Positions 42,268 through 51,947 of a stretch of DNA of 64,000 bases are shown in pieces. How positions within the stretch are numbered: the first letter of the stretch is position 1; the number at the start of each line of letters is the position of its first letter. The notes below the pieces were generated by a model that was given only the letters and a program-made list of their open reading frames with translations, had not been told where the DNA came from and searched no databases. The translations under genes and the position numbers were made by a program. The DNA is from Candidatus Binatia bacterium (GTDB lineage Bacteria; Desulfobacterota; Binatia; UBA9968; JAJDTQ01): positions 818,467-882,466 of the forward strand of contig OY729432.1 in the NCBI GenBank assembly GCA_963422385.1, in the 5' to 3' direction.

Positions 42268-43173
42268 ATGGAATACCGACAGCGTCACCTTGAAGCGAAG
42301 ATTTCGCGCCTGTGTCACGCGGTGCCGGTCGTCCTCGTATTGGGCGCAAGGCAGGCCGGCAAGAGCACGCTACTGTCTCACTTGGCGCCGGAAGCCTCCC
42401 GTGTTGTATTCGACCCGGTCATCGACGTCAACAATGCGTGGGAAGATCCCGAGTTGTTCCTGGACCAGTATCAGCCACCGCTGGTTCTCGACGAGGTTCA
42501 GTATTCCCCTGACCTGCCTGGGGTCATCAAACGGCGTGTCGACGAAGACCCCAGCCCCGGCCAATACCTGCTCACCGGTTCTCGGAACCTCATGCTGCTC
42601 AGCTCCGTCAGCGAGAGCATGGCCGGGCGCGTGGTGGTACCGGACCTTCCATTTCTGTCGTTGGCGGAACGCTGCCATGGAGCGGCAACCAACAGCACAT
42701 GGGTTGAGGATCTGTTCGCATCCGACCCGGTGGATCGGTTACGCAGCCGCGGAAGGCTGATACCCCGGAGCGTCGAGCCGACTCTGGCAAGCCGCTTGTG
42801 GCGTGGTGGGTTTCCCGGTCACCTGGATAACGACGACGTGATTCTGCCCGACTTGTTCGCATCCTACATGCGCACCTACATCGAGCGCGACGTTCGACGG
42901 GTGGCCGCAGTCGAAAACGCGGGTCTCTTCGCCCGATTCGTCGGTCTGGGCGCCGCCCTTTCCGGCCAGGAGATCAATCACAGTCGGCTCGGGCGCGAAC
43001 TCGGTATCACGTATCACACGGCGCAACGCTGGCTCTCCATCCTCCCGCCATCAAGGCGCCGACCGGACGCGCAGCCGCACCAGGATCGGATCGTGGTCAC
43101 TCGCGCGCGCCGCGGTTTCCGCGAACTCCGCGTTGACGTGCACAATGTCCACCTCCGCCGATGGGCTCAGTGA
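42268..43173 (+). CDS. AAA_14 / DUF4143 ATP-binding protein, apparently C-terminally truncated
   Basis: Walker A (GARQAGKSTLL). Homology stops near ...ITYHTAQRWLSIL at about 43050. The last 40 codons or so overlap the convergent nuclease gene in antisense and look like read-through. Confidence 0.55.
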   Translation: MEYRQRHLEAKISRLCHAVPVVLVLGARQAGKSTLLSHLAPEASRVVFDPVIDVNNAWEDPELFLDQYQPPLVLDEVQYSPDLPGVIKRRVDEDPSPGQYLLTGSRNLMLLSSVSESMAGRVVVPDLPFLSLAERCHGAATNSTWVEDLFASDPVDRLRSRGRLIPRSVEPTLASRLWRGGFPGHLDNDDVILPDLFASYMRTYIERDVRRVAAVENAGLFARFVGLGAALSGQEINHSRLGRELGITYHTAQRWLSILPPSRRRPDAQPHQDRIVVTRARRGFRELRVDVHNVHLRRWAQ

Positions 43174-44913
43174 CGGGCTGACCAGGATATGGTCCAGGGA
43201 CTGCGCGTTGCCCTCGAAGATGTACGTGTACCGTTCGCTCGGAGGCAGCTTCCGGGTGAGGTTACGGAGGCTTCGCTCGAGGGTGCTTAACGGCGAGACG
43301 AACGCGAACTCGTTGAAGTCGCCGACCACGACGATACGAGCGTCGCTACCCGCCGCGAGCCGGCCGGCGACGAAATCGTGGACGGCGCGGGCCTGCCTCC
43401 GGCGGTGATCCACTCCGCTGTTGGCCCGGGGCGACTCCTGAAGTTCCGTGAAGGGCTGAATCCGTCCGAACAGCGGACTGCTGCCGCGCTTGGAGTTGAA
43501 ATGGTTGTTGACCACGGTCACGGGAGCGTGACCCGGAGAGCGGGATCGAAAGCTGGCGATCAGCGGCAGGCGGCCGTTGAAGAAAGGGTTTCCCGGATTG
43601 GTTCGCTGGTCCGCCGGGCCGGTGACCGTGGCCACCGAGCCCGGAATGAGCTCCACGCGGCGCGGATTGTAAAGGAACGCCACGCGAATGTTCCCGCCGG
43701 GCTGGCCGCCGTTGGTGTCGTCGCCGATGAACGGATGATCGATGAAACGGTAACGGACCGGCCCCAGGGCGGCGATGCGGTGCACCAGCAACCGTAGCGT
43801 GGCGTCAGCGGCCTTCACCGCCGTTTTGGCCGAGCCATCGTTGTCCTGTACTTCCTGGAGGGCGACGATGTCGGGATGCCGCAGGTTCCGCGCGATGATG
43901 GCCGCAACGGCGTCAAAACGGCCGCCGGCCACGTCCATATCCCCATCCGCATCGTTGGGGTCGAGGTTGAGCACGTTGAAGGATGCGATGGTCAGGTGTC
44001 CGTCGCCGCTCAGGCGCGTGGTCTCCGGTTCCAGTGGACCTCGCGTGGGGGTGACGGGCTCGGTGAACCGGATCTCGTAGTTGCCGAACCCGTAGCTCAC
44101 CACTCCCGTGACGTCACCCAGGGAATCGCCCACCTTGACATGCGGCGTCGCCATCGGACTGAGTCCGAAGTCGTCGTCGATCTGAATCCGCTCCGGGTTG
44201 AAGTCGTCCGGGCGGATGGTGAGGGCGCCGCGTTCGCTCAAGCCCGTCGGCACCGTGCCGCGGGCAAACACGAAGATCTCGCCGAAGCGGCTGGTGGGGC
44301 TTACGGCAACGGCGTCCTCTACCGTGACTCGCATGCCTTCGAGGGTCTCATAGAAGTCGATGCCGTCTTCACCCGGGTCGAAGACGGCGAAACCATCGTT
44401 GTCGATGATCCGGTGTGGGGGAACGCGCCCGCCCGCCCCCAGCGTCACCGGGGCGGGAAGCCGGTTGCGGCGGGACAGACGTGTGAGCGTTGGGCGGGTG
44501 ATCTGCGTGATCGTCAGGTTGCCGGTGGCCGCGCCGCCGGGTTGATATTCGTCCACCGGCCCGCGCACGCAGAGCCGGTCGCCCACGGCCACCGCCGGCT
44601 TCCTTCCGGTGAAGACGAACAGGCCGTCCGAGGTACGGGCGTCACCGTCCCCCACCGGGTCCTGCAGGTAGAAACCATCCGTGTCGACAGCGGTTACGAT
44701 ACCCGTTGTGGCGACCGTCCGCCCCCGGAAGGGCGAGGTATGCGCCGCGCCCTGGACCGTCCCGACCGAGGTCATGGCAGAAACGCCGGGCAGCCGACCC
44801 GGACACGCCGACCCCGCGCGGCCGGAACCCTCCGCCGACCCCGCGAGCAGCAGACCGCAAAGCCCCGCGAGGCAGGTCCACGACACAATTATTCGGATCA
44901 GGTTCCCCGCCAT
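43051..44913 (-). CDS. Secreted endonuclease/exonuclease/phosphatase (EEP) family nuclease (ExeM/NucH-like)
   Basis: Signal peptide (MAGNLIRIIVSWTCLAGLCGLLLAG) and an EEP catalytic domain (...TIASFNVLNL...SDHDPILVRL). About 620 aa. Confidence 0.7.
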   Translation of the reverse strand: MAGNLIRIIVSWTCLAGLCGLLLAGSAEGSGRAGSACPGRLPGVSAMTSVGTVQGAAHTSPFRGRTVATTGIVTAVDTDGFYLQDPVGDGDARTSDGLFVFTGRKPAVAVGDRLCVRGPVDEYQPGGAATGNLTITQITRPTLTRLSRRNRLPAPVTLGAGGRVPPHRIIDNDGFAVFDPGEDGIDFYETLEGMRVTVEDAVAVSPTSRFGEIFVFARGTVPTGLSERGALTIRPDDFNPERIQIDDDFGLSPMATPHVKVGDSLGDVTGVVSYGFGNYEIRFTEPVTPTRGPLEPETTRLSGDGHLTIASFNVLNLDPNDADGDMDVAGGRFDAVAAIIARNLRHPDIVALQEVQDNDGSAKTAVKAADATLRLLVHRIAALGPVRYRFIDHPFIGDDTNGGQPGGNIRVAFLYNPRRVELIPGSVATVTGPADQRTNPGNPFFNGRLPLIASFRSRSPGHAPVTVVNNHFNSKRGSSPLFGRIQPFTELQESPRANSGVDHRRRQARAVHDFVAGRLAAGSDARIVVVGDFNEFAFVSPLSTLERSLRNLTRKLPPSERYTYIFEGNAQSLDHILVSPSLSPSAEVDIVHVNAEFAETAARASDHDPILVRLRVRSAP

Positions 44914-44988
44914 CGCCCATCCCACATAACATGGCCGGCGCGTCGCGACGACCTCACCAGCGGCTGACCCGGGCCGCCCCCTTTTTTG

Positions 44989-45012
44989 ATCCCGGACCAA
45001 GTCCGGGATGAC
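44989..45012. promoter_or_regulatory. Palindrome ATCCCGGACCAAGTCCGGGATGAC in the nuclease/cmk-like divergent region
   Basis: Second member of the ATCCCGG(N8)CCGGGATGAC family. Preceded by a T7 run. Confidence 0.35.
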
Positions 45013-45137
45013 GGGGCGGCGAGGCCGGGTTCACCTGTTCCTTCGGGACCGTTGCCTATTACCTGTCCTGTAGTATGCTCAAGACGTGATGTGGGTCATG
45101 CTTGGCGTACCGTTCCTTACGGAAAGGAGAGATTGTC

Positions 45138-45953
45138 ATGTCTGTTATCGTGATCTACGAGGGCATCGCCGGGGCTGAGGGTGTCGCGGAACGAGTCGCG
45201 CAGTCCCTCGATTACCAATGCGTCGGCCGGCAGGAGCTGGTGGCCACTCTCGAGCACTACGGCATACCGCGAGCCAAGCTCGACGAGATCACCGAGAAGG
45301 AGCCCCACTGGTGGGAACAGTGGCTCCAGGACTTGCGGCCTTATCGGATAGCCCTTCAGGCCGCCATGTGCGAGATGGCTCAAGCCGGGTCGATGGTCTA
45401 CCACGGACACGTCGGACACGAGCTGCTTCCCGGAGTGGGCCATGTCCTGAAAGTCCTCCTGACCGGCTCCATGGAGTTGCGCGTTGCGGAACTCCGGTCG
45501 CGCCACGCGCTCGACGAGGGCGCCATCCGCAAGCAGATTGAGCACACCGACAGAGCCCGCAGCCGGCGGCTCATGTCTCTGTTCGGCAACGACTGGCAGG
45601 ACCCCACGCGGTATCACCTGGTGCTGAATCTCAACATGGGCGCCGAAGCCGCAAGCCAGGTGATCAGCACCACCGCCCGCCTCGCGGCGTTCACGGAGAC
45701 GCCGGCATCCAAGCAGTCGTTGGAAGACCTGGCTCTGGCCAGGAAGACGCAGACGACGCTGCTCCGGTCCGAGTTGTACCGTGACCTGCCCATCGACGTG
45801 AAGGCCCACAACGGGATGGTCACCGTCTCCGGCATGGTCTCCACGCCGATAACGGTGGACGGGGTGGTGGCGGTCATCAAGGCCATTCCCGAAGTCTCGG
45901 AGGTAACGGCAAATCTCCTGGTTGTTCCAAGGCGCCACTCGGACATCGAATAG
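45138..45953 (+). CDS. Cytidylate-kinase-like family protein with C-terminal BON domain
   Basis: MSVIVIYEGIAGAEGVAERVAQSLDY... matches PF13189-like proteins. The C-terminal BON domain reads LYRDLPIDVKAHNGMVTVSGMVSTPITVDGVVAVIKAIPEVSEV. Confidence 0.6.
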   Translation: MSVIVIYEGIAGAEGVAERVAQSLDYQCVGRQELVATLEHYGIPRAKLDEITEKEPHWWEQWLQDLRPYRIALQAAMCEMAQAGSMVYHGHVGHELLPGVGHVLKVLLTGSMELRVAELRSRHALDEGAIRKQIEHTDRARSRRLMSLFGNDWQDPTRYHLVLNLNMGAEAASQVISTTARLAAFTETPASKQSLEDLALARKTQTTLLRSELYRDLPIDVKAHNGMVTVSGMVSTPITVDGVVAVIKAIPEVSEVTANLLVVPRRHSDIE

Positions 45954-46153
45954 ACGGGCTTTCGGGATTCCCGCCCGCTGATGCCTCGCTGTGTCGCCCG
46001 AGGGTCCCCCGAGCATATGGCAGCACGAGAAAGATTCACCGACCGTGATCGGCCGCCGGGCCGGCCGCGGATGAAGGTAGAGGACTACATCCCCGGCGAG
46101 ATCCTGAAACACATTCCCGTGGAACGCACCACCTACCGGCCCTGACCCATCCC

Positions 46154-46411
46154 ATGCTCCCCGGGCGGAGTGCTCCGGATTTTCATATATTCCATGGTAT
46201 TTCCCGGCTCGGCCTCCAGGCATACTCCCTCGGCATCGCCTACGAGCTCGTCCCCTGCTCCGGGCTGTCCATTTCGCGGGCGGACCCGCTGCCCCACCGG
46301 ATCCAAGTCCCGGTAGCCACCGAAACCGACGACGAGGGCATCAACCTCCAGTGCCGCCACATTCTCTTCAACTACGACATTCCCTGGAATCCAACCGCCA
46401 AGAAGCTGTAG
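46154..46411 (+). pseudogene. SF2/SNF2 helicase C-terminal fragment (motifs V-VI only)
   Basis: ...TDDEGINLQCRHILFNYDIPWNPTAKKL is a helicase C-terminal remnant. Only 85 aa, with no upstream helicase core. Confidence 0.45.
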
Positions 46412-46449
46412 TTATTGCAAATCGATGTCACTGATGGCATAGTGCGTTC

Positions 46450-46686
46450 ATGCCGGTGCAGATTACGATAAGAGGTGTCCCCGAAGAAGTGCGGGACGAG
46501 CTTGCCGCTCGTGCCGCGCTCCAACGCCAGTCGATGCAGGAGTTCCTCCGCTTTGAGCTGCAGCGCATTGCATCGCGGCCTTCCATCGGCCCTCTGCTGG
46601 AAGAAATCCGTCGCCGCAAGGAAGCGGCAGGAACTCGGGTCTCGCCTTCCAGCATCCTGCACGCCCGTGACGCGGACCGGACGTGA
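46450..46686 (+). CDS. vapB: VapB/FitA-type antitoxin (ribbon-helix-helix)
   Basis: MPVQITIRGVPEEVRDELAARAA.. is an Arc/RHH N-terminus. A 4-nt overlap couples it to the downstream PIN gene. Confidence 0.7.
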   Translation: MPVQITIRGVPEEVRDELAARAALQRQSMQEFLRFELQRIASRPSIGPLLEEIRRRKEAAGTRVSPSSILHARDADRT

Positions 46687-47099
46687 CCGCAGTCGTTGAC
46701 GCCTCCGTGCTGGTCGCGGCCTTGGTCGACTCGGGACGCGAGGGCAAGTGGGCAGAATCCATAATGGCGGAAGGGCCGTTGACCAGTCCGGAGTTGGCGC
46801 TGGTCGAGGCCAGCAATATCCTGCGCCGGTTGGAGTTGACAGGGCAGGTGTCACGGCTCGAGGCTACCAGCGCGCACAAGGACTTGTTACGTCTCGACCT
46901 GGAGTTGTTCCCTTTCATCCCGTTCGCCGAGCGGGTATGGGCTTTGCGGAGCAACCTGACCAGCTACGACGCTTGGTACGTGGCCTTGGCCGAGGCGCTG
47001 GGTTGCCCCTTGATGACCCTTGACCGAAAGCTCAGCCGCGCCAGTGGCCCAGTCTGTGAAGTCATCACTCCGCCCCGTTCCCATGGAGAAGGCCCATGA
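46683..47099 (+). CDS. vapC: PIN-domain toxin VapC
   Basis: MTAVVDASVLVAAL is the PIN N-terminal acidic motif. 138 aa. Confidence 0.75.
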   Translation: MTAVVDASVLVAALVDSGREGKWAESIMAEGPLTSPELALVEASNILRRLELTGQVSRLEATSAHKDLLRLDLELFPFIPFAERVWALRSNLTSYDAWYVALAEALGCPLMTLDRKLSRASGPVCEVITPPRSHGEGP

Positions 47100-47440
47100 T
47101 TCATACGGGGAGAAGGGTGGGCCATGAAGAAGCCGATGCCGGAGACGCGGATGATGCTTGCCCAGAGCACTTTGGACGACGTCATCGAACGCATCACCGA
47201 GGTGGTGGAACCGCAGGAGCGTCTGTGGTCCCCAAGGAATGCAAGCGACCGCCATCCCGAGAGGACCGGTTGACCCGGCTGCCGGACCCGGCCAAGCCTG
47301 CGGCGCAGGCCGGGCAGGAGACCACCCTTCGCCTCACCGGCACCGTGCCTTACGGTCGGGCAGGAATGGCCTGCATCGTTCCGGTTTTCCGGTGACTCCG
47401 CCTCCTGTGCGACACGTAAGCACTGACGTATCAGGAACCC

Positions 47441-50188
47441 ATGAGCAAGATCGAGATTCAATTCGAGTTGAACGGCGAGACGCGCCGTGCCAACGTGACA
47501 CCCGAGCTGCTGCTGGCCGATTTCCTGCGCCACTCCCTGGGGCTCAAGGGCACCAAGACGAGCTGCGAGGTGGAGGTCTGCGGCGCCTGCACGGTGCTGC
47601 TGGACGGCCGTCCGGTGAGCGCCTGCGCCACCCTCACCCATGAGATCAACGGCCGCTCGCTGGCGACCATCGAAGGTCTCGGCAAGGCGGATGCGATGCA
47701 CGCGGTGCAGGAAGCGTTCTGGGAGGAAGGCGGCTTCGAGTGCGGCTTCTGCACCCCGGGCATGATCATGGCCGTCTGCGCCCTGCTCGACGAGAATCCG
47801 GAGCCCACGAAGGAGGACATCAAGACCGCCCTGGACGGCAATATCTGCCGTTGCACCGGCTACCTCTCCATCATCCGGTCGGTCAACCGGGCCGTCGAGT
47901 TGCTGCACGGGCGGGATGCAGCCCCCTCCCGGCCGGCGGAGGAGCGCCGCCTCGACGGCGCCGCCAAGGTCCGCGGCGAGCCGGTGTACACGGCCGACAT
48001 GACGCACCCGGGCATGCTCTACGGACGGATTCTGCGCAGCCCCCACGCCCACGCCCGGATCCTCGGCATCGACACGGCCGCGGCCGTGTCCCACCCCGGC
48101 GTGGTGGCGGTGCTTACCGCCGCCGACCTGCGGGACATCCCCGCCTACTACGGCCCGCTGGTGAAAGACATTCCCGTGCTGGCCACGGACAAGGTCCGGT
48201 ACGAGGGCGACCTCGTGGCGGCCGTGGCCGCCGAGACTCTGGAGGCGGCCACGGCCGCCACGGCGCTCATTCGCGTGGAGTACGAACCGCTCCCCGGACT
48301 CCTGACCATGGACGACGCACTCCATCCCGATGCCGCCCCGCTCCACGACTACGTGAGCGAGCACGGCACGAATTTTCCCGGATATCCCGGCGTCGACGAC
48401 GAGGCCAGGAAATACGCCAACGTGAGCTTCCACTACGAGCGCGGCAAGGGCAACGTCGACGACGGCTTCACCGCCTCGGAGCGAACCTTCGAGCACACCT
48501 TCGAGTTTCCCAAGATCGCCCACTACTCCATGGAGCCCCAACTCGCCGTGGCCGAGTGGCAGGAGGGCGGCTTCACGGTGTGGTCTTCCACCCAGCACCC
48601 GTTCATCATCCGCCAGGAGCTTGCGGAGATGTTCGGGGTGCCGCCGGAGCGGGTGCGGCTGGTCGTGCCGCTGGTGGGAGGCACCTACGGCAACAAGAAC
48701 CACACCAAGCTCGAGCCGCTGGCGGTGGCGCTGGCGCGCAAGGCCGGACGGCGGGTGTTCCTGCACCTGTCGCTGGAAGAAGAGTCCCGCACGGTGAGCA
48801 AGCCGGCCATGCGAATACGGCTCCGTACCGGTGTGGACCGCGACGGACTGCTGGTAGCGCGGGACTGCCTCGTGCACGTGGACGGCGGCGCCTACTCGGA
48901 CTCGGGTCCGCGAGTCACCCAGAAGGCGGGCTACCGGGCCCCCGGCCCCTACCGGATCCCGCACCTCCGCTCCCACTCGTACACCGTGTACACCAACACC
49001 GTGCCCGCCGGCGCGTTCCGCGGCATGGGCACGCCGCAGGTGGTGTGGGCCTACGAATCGCAGATGGACATGATCGCCCGGGAGATGGGTTGGGACCCGG
49101 TGGAGTTCCGGCTCAGGAATCTCCTCGACAAGGGCGAGGAGTTCGCGCCCGGTGAGACGCCCCTGGACTGCGACATCAAGGAGGGTCTCCTGCGCGCCGC
49201 CAGGGAAATCGGCTGGGGCGCGGAGGAACCGGGCCCCGATTGCGGCATCGGCTTCAGTTGCGGCGTCAAGGATGGCGGCGGCAACTACAAGATCTCATGC
49301 GCGCGGGTGGAGGTCGATGACGCCGGAGGGATCACTCTGCACGAGGGCACGGTGGAAATCGGCCAAGGGTCCCATACGGCCATGGCCCGCATCGCGGGGC
49401 ATGAGCTCGGGGTGCCGCCCACGGCCGTCCACGTGGCGCCCCTGGACACCGATTCGACGCCTTTCGACATGGGCACCTATGCCAGCAGCGCCACCACGGT
49501 CATGGGCCTGGCGGTGCAGAGGGCCGCCCAGGCCGTGCGCGGTCAGCTCATCGAGGCAGCCCGGTCACTGGGCAAGAGCCCCGACTCCGCCGCGACGCTC
49601 GCGGACGGCGAGGTGCGCCTGGGCGAGGTCGCGTTTCCTTTCTCGGCCCTGGTACGACACGTCAAAGGCGCCGGAGGCGTCCTTGTGGGAGAGGGCCGGC
49701 AGGAAAGCAGGCGGGACCCCAACGCGCCCCTCGGCGCCCGGGCGCCGTTCTGGGAAGTGGGATGGGGCGCCGCCAAGGTCCACGTGGACCGGGACACCGG
49801 GGATGTGCGGGTTCTCAAGTACGTCTCCATCGCGGACGCGGGCAAGGCCATCAATCCTCAGCAATGTCACACCCAGGAGCAGGGAGCCTTCCTGCAGGGG
49901 CTCGGACAGGCGCTGTTCGAGGAGACCATCTACGAGAACGGGCTGATGCTGACCCCCGACGCCCTGACCTACCGGCTGCCCAAAATTTCCGACCTGCCGG
50001 ACGACCTGGTCAATATCATCTTCGAGAACGGCAACGGCGCCGGCCCCTACGGCGCCAAGGGACTGGGAGAAAGCGGCATCCTCACCGTCCCGTCGGCCAT
50101 CGCCAACGCCGTGGCCCAAGCGGTGGACGTGCGCATCACCGACTTGCCGGTGACCGGCGAGAAGATCTGGCGCGCGCTGAAGAAGTGA
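47441..50188 (+). CDS. Single-chain aldehyde oxidoreductase (xanthine dehydrogenase family) with N-terminal 2x[2Fe-2S] fused to the Mo-pterin domains and no FAD domain (Desulfovibrio Mop-like)
   Basis: The N-terminal 155 aa have plant-type (CEVEVCGAC) and helical (CGFC...CRCTGY) 2Fe-2S motifs. The remainder is an XDH/CoxL-like Mo-binding large subunit. 915 aa. Confidence 0.8.
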   Translation: MSKIEIQFELNGETRRANVTPELLLADFLRHSLGLKGTKTSCEVEVCGACTVLLDGRPVSACATLTHEINGRSLATIEGLGKADAMHAVQEAFWEEGGFECGFCTPGMIMAVCALLDENPEPTKEDIKTALDGNICRCTGYLSIIRSVNRAVELLHGRDAAPSRPAEERRLDGAAKVRGEPVYTADMTHPGMLYGRILRSPHAHARILGIDTAAAVSHPGVVAVLTAADLRDIPAYYGPLVKDIPVLATDKVRYEGDLVAAVAAETLEAATAATALIRVEYEPLPGLLTMDDALHPDAAPLHDYVSEHGTNFPGYPGVDDEARKYANVSFHYERGKGNVDDGFTASERTFEHTFEFPKIAHYSMEPQLAVAEWQEGGFTVWSSTQHPFIIRQELAEMFGVPPERVRLVVPLVGGTYGNKNHTKLEPLAVALARKAGRRVFLHLSLEEESRTVSKPAMRIRLRTGVDRDGLLVARDCLVHVDGGAYSDSGPRVTQKAGYRAPGPYRIPHLRSHSYTVYTNTVPAGAFRGMGTPQVVWAYESQMDMIAREMGWDPVEFRLRNLLDKGEEFAPGETPLDCDIKEGLLRAAREIGWGAEEPGPDCGIGFSCGVKDGGGNYKISCARVEVDDAGGITLHEGTVEIGQGSHTAMARIAGHELGVPPTAVHVAPLDTDSTPFDMGTYASSATTVMGLAVQRAAQAVRGQLIEAARSLGKSPDSAATLADGEVRLGEVAFPFSALVRHVKGAGGVLVGEGRQESRRDPNAPLGARAPFWEVGWGAAKVHVDRDTGDVRVLKYVSIADAGKAINPQQCHTQEQGAFLQGLGQALFEETIYENGLMLTPDALTYRLPKISDLPDDLVNIIFENGNGAGPYGAKGLGESGILTVPSAIANAVAQAVDVRITDLPVTGEKIWRALKK

Positions 50189-50231
50189 GCGCGGCTCCGG
50201 GAGAGGCCGCCGGCACTCCCGCCGAGGCAAC

Positions 50232-50987
50232 GTGAACGAACCGGTGCGCAAGGACCGTTTCTACTTCAAGCTCTTCGACCGGCTCGACGCGCCCGGCTGC
50301 CCCATTTGCAGCATCGTGATCGAAGACAGCCGCGCCTATCTGGACAGCGTCCTCTACGAACGCGTTACCGACGTGCCTACGCGCGTGGGACTGCGGGACT
50401 CCTTCGGACTCTGCAACCTGCACACGTGGCAACTGCGCGACGTCCCGGCATCCAGCGCCCCGGACCTAGGCTTCGCCATCATCGCCAAGGACCTGCTGAG
50501 CCGGTTCCAGCGTTTGGCCGGAGAGCCCCCTGTTGTAGAATGGCGTACCCTGAAAGCCTGGCTTGGGCGCACACGATCACGCCTGCGCACCAGGCTCAAG
50601 AGGAGCCGCTGCCCCGCCTGCGTGCACGCCGCGCGTTCCGAGTCCATCCGCCTCCGGCAACTGCTGGACCTCTTCGGCGAAGTGGACTTCTTCGACGAGT
50701 ACCGGGCCGCCGACGGCATCTGCCTGCCCCATTTCCTCCTGGCCGAGGAAACCCACCCGGGCCACCCACACTCCGCGCGGCTCCGGGAACTCCAGCTCCT
50801 CAAGACGCGGGCCTTGCACGACACCCTCGACCAGTTCATCGAGAAAAACGACCACCGCGCGCGGGAGGAAATCACACCGGCCGAAGCCCGGGCCTGGACG
50901 GACGCCATGGAGCTCCTCCGCGGGAAGCGCAGCGTGTTCGACAGCGAGTTGCACCGCTCGTCGCCCCGACGTTGGAAGAGCCTCTGA
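50232..50987 (+). CDS. Cys/His-rich hypothetical protein with two CPxC...CxxH modules (possibly DUF6062-like)
   Basis: Two repeats each carry CPxC and a downstream CN/P-LH: GCPICSIV...LCNLHTWQL and RCPACVHA...ICLPHFLL. Lies 44 nt downstream of the Mop-like gene on the same strand. Confidence 0.4.
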   Translation: MNEPVRKDRFYFKLFDRLDAPGCPICSIVIEDSRAYLDSVLYERVTDVPTRVGLRDSFGLCNLHTWQLRDVPASSAPDLGFAIIAKDLLSRFQRLAGEPPVVEWRTLKAWLGRTRSRLRTRLKRSRCPACVHAARSESIRLRQLLDLFGEVDFFDEYRAADGICLPHFLLAEETHPGHPHSARLRELQLLKTRALHDTLDQFIEKNDHRAREEITPAEARAWTDAMELLRGKRSVFDSELHRSSPRRWKSL

Positions 50988-51009
50988 CGCGGAGTTTTCC
51001 CCTGCCGCG

Positions 51010-51411
51010 TCATCCCTCGGGAAACGGCATGACGCGGCGCAGGTAGGCGTCGAACAGCGGCACGGTAAAGGCGGTGTCGCCGTGGGCGGGGCTGTAGATC
51101 ATGCCCTTGCCGGTGAGCTTGGCACGGGTCGGGGCCACCACGCGAACGGACAGGGCGAGGACATGGGCGATCTCGCCAGAGCGGTGCGGGCCGCTACCGA
51201 GCTCGGCCATGGCTCGCAGGTAGCGCTTTTGGGATGGCGCCAAACGATCGAAGCGGGCGTGAAAGAAGCTGGCATCGAGTTCCGCCGTGGCCTGCCGGCT
51301 AGCGGTTTCGTCCCTATCACTGGATGAAGTCCCGCTCGCGCAGAGAGATGGCGAAGCCCCGAGCGATCCAGGCGAATCTCGGGGTAGCGGTATGCCCGGC
51401 AACAGCTCCAA
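51010..51411 (-). pseudogene. C-terminal winged-helix fragment of an archaeal-type ATPase (no ATPase core)
   Basis: ...LAPSQKRYLRAMAELGSGPHRSGEIAHVLALSVRVVAPTRAKLTGKGMIYS is wHTH-like. The upstream part of the ORF is low-complexity. Confidence 0.3.
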
Positions 51412-51717
51412 GGCCAGCCCCGAGACCGCGAGGGCCGCGTGTACGGGAGCGCCATCATAAGCTGCGGCAGGATGGGCCGCCGGTTGGCCAAGGAGATGAT
51501 CCGTCGCTCCTCTCCCTTGTGGCGTTCGCCCTTCAATCTGGCTTTACCCGGTGATTTCGGCTATAGGTAGCCCCCTTATGTCTCGGCATTCCGGCGTGCA
51601 GTGCCAGGTTGCAGTTGAGCAACGCCGTATCAAAGGGCACGACGCGCTGTCAACGAAGCATCTCGGCCTTGAATCACGCATCATGGAGCACGGGATTCGA
51701 CTTTCGCCCGGAGAGAG

Positions 51718-51939
51718 TTGCGCGTGATAAAGGTCGACCCCCACAAATGCGACGGCTGCGGCATCTGCGTCTACGACTGCGGCGCCGATGTCTTCCGCTT
51801 CACCAACAAGAAGGACAAGGTCTTTCCCTTCGGCAACAAGTACTGCGTCAACTGCTTCCTGTGCGAGCTCGTCTGCCCCGAAGACGCCATCGAGGTGGTG
51901 CTGCGGCCCAAGATGAAGCGCGCCGCCGCAAGCTCCTGA
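51718..51939 (+). CDS. 2x[4Fe-4S] ferredoxin
   Basis: CDGCGICVYDCG and CVNCFLCELVCP motifs. 73 aa. Confidence 0.75.
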   Translation: MRVIKVDPHKCDGCGICVYDCGADVFRFTNKKDKVFPFGNKYCVNCFLCELVCPEDAIEVVLRPKMKRAAASS

Positions 51940-51947
51940 GCGGACAC

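Noticed and set aside
44975-44990. GC-rich stretch followed by TTTTTTT as an intrinsic terminator
   Set aside because: - It lies upstream of both flanking gene starts, in a divergent promoter region.
- No convincing hairpin precedes the T-run.
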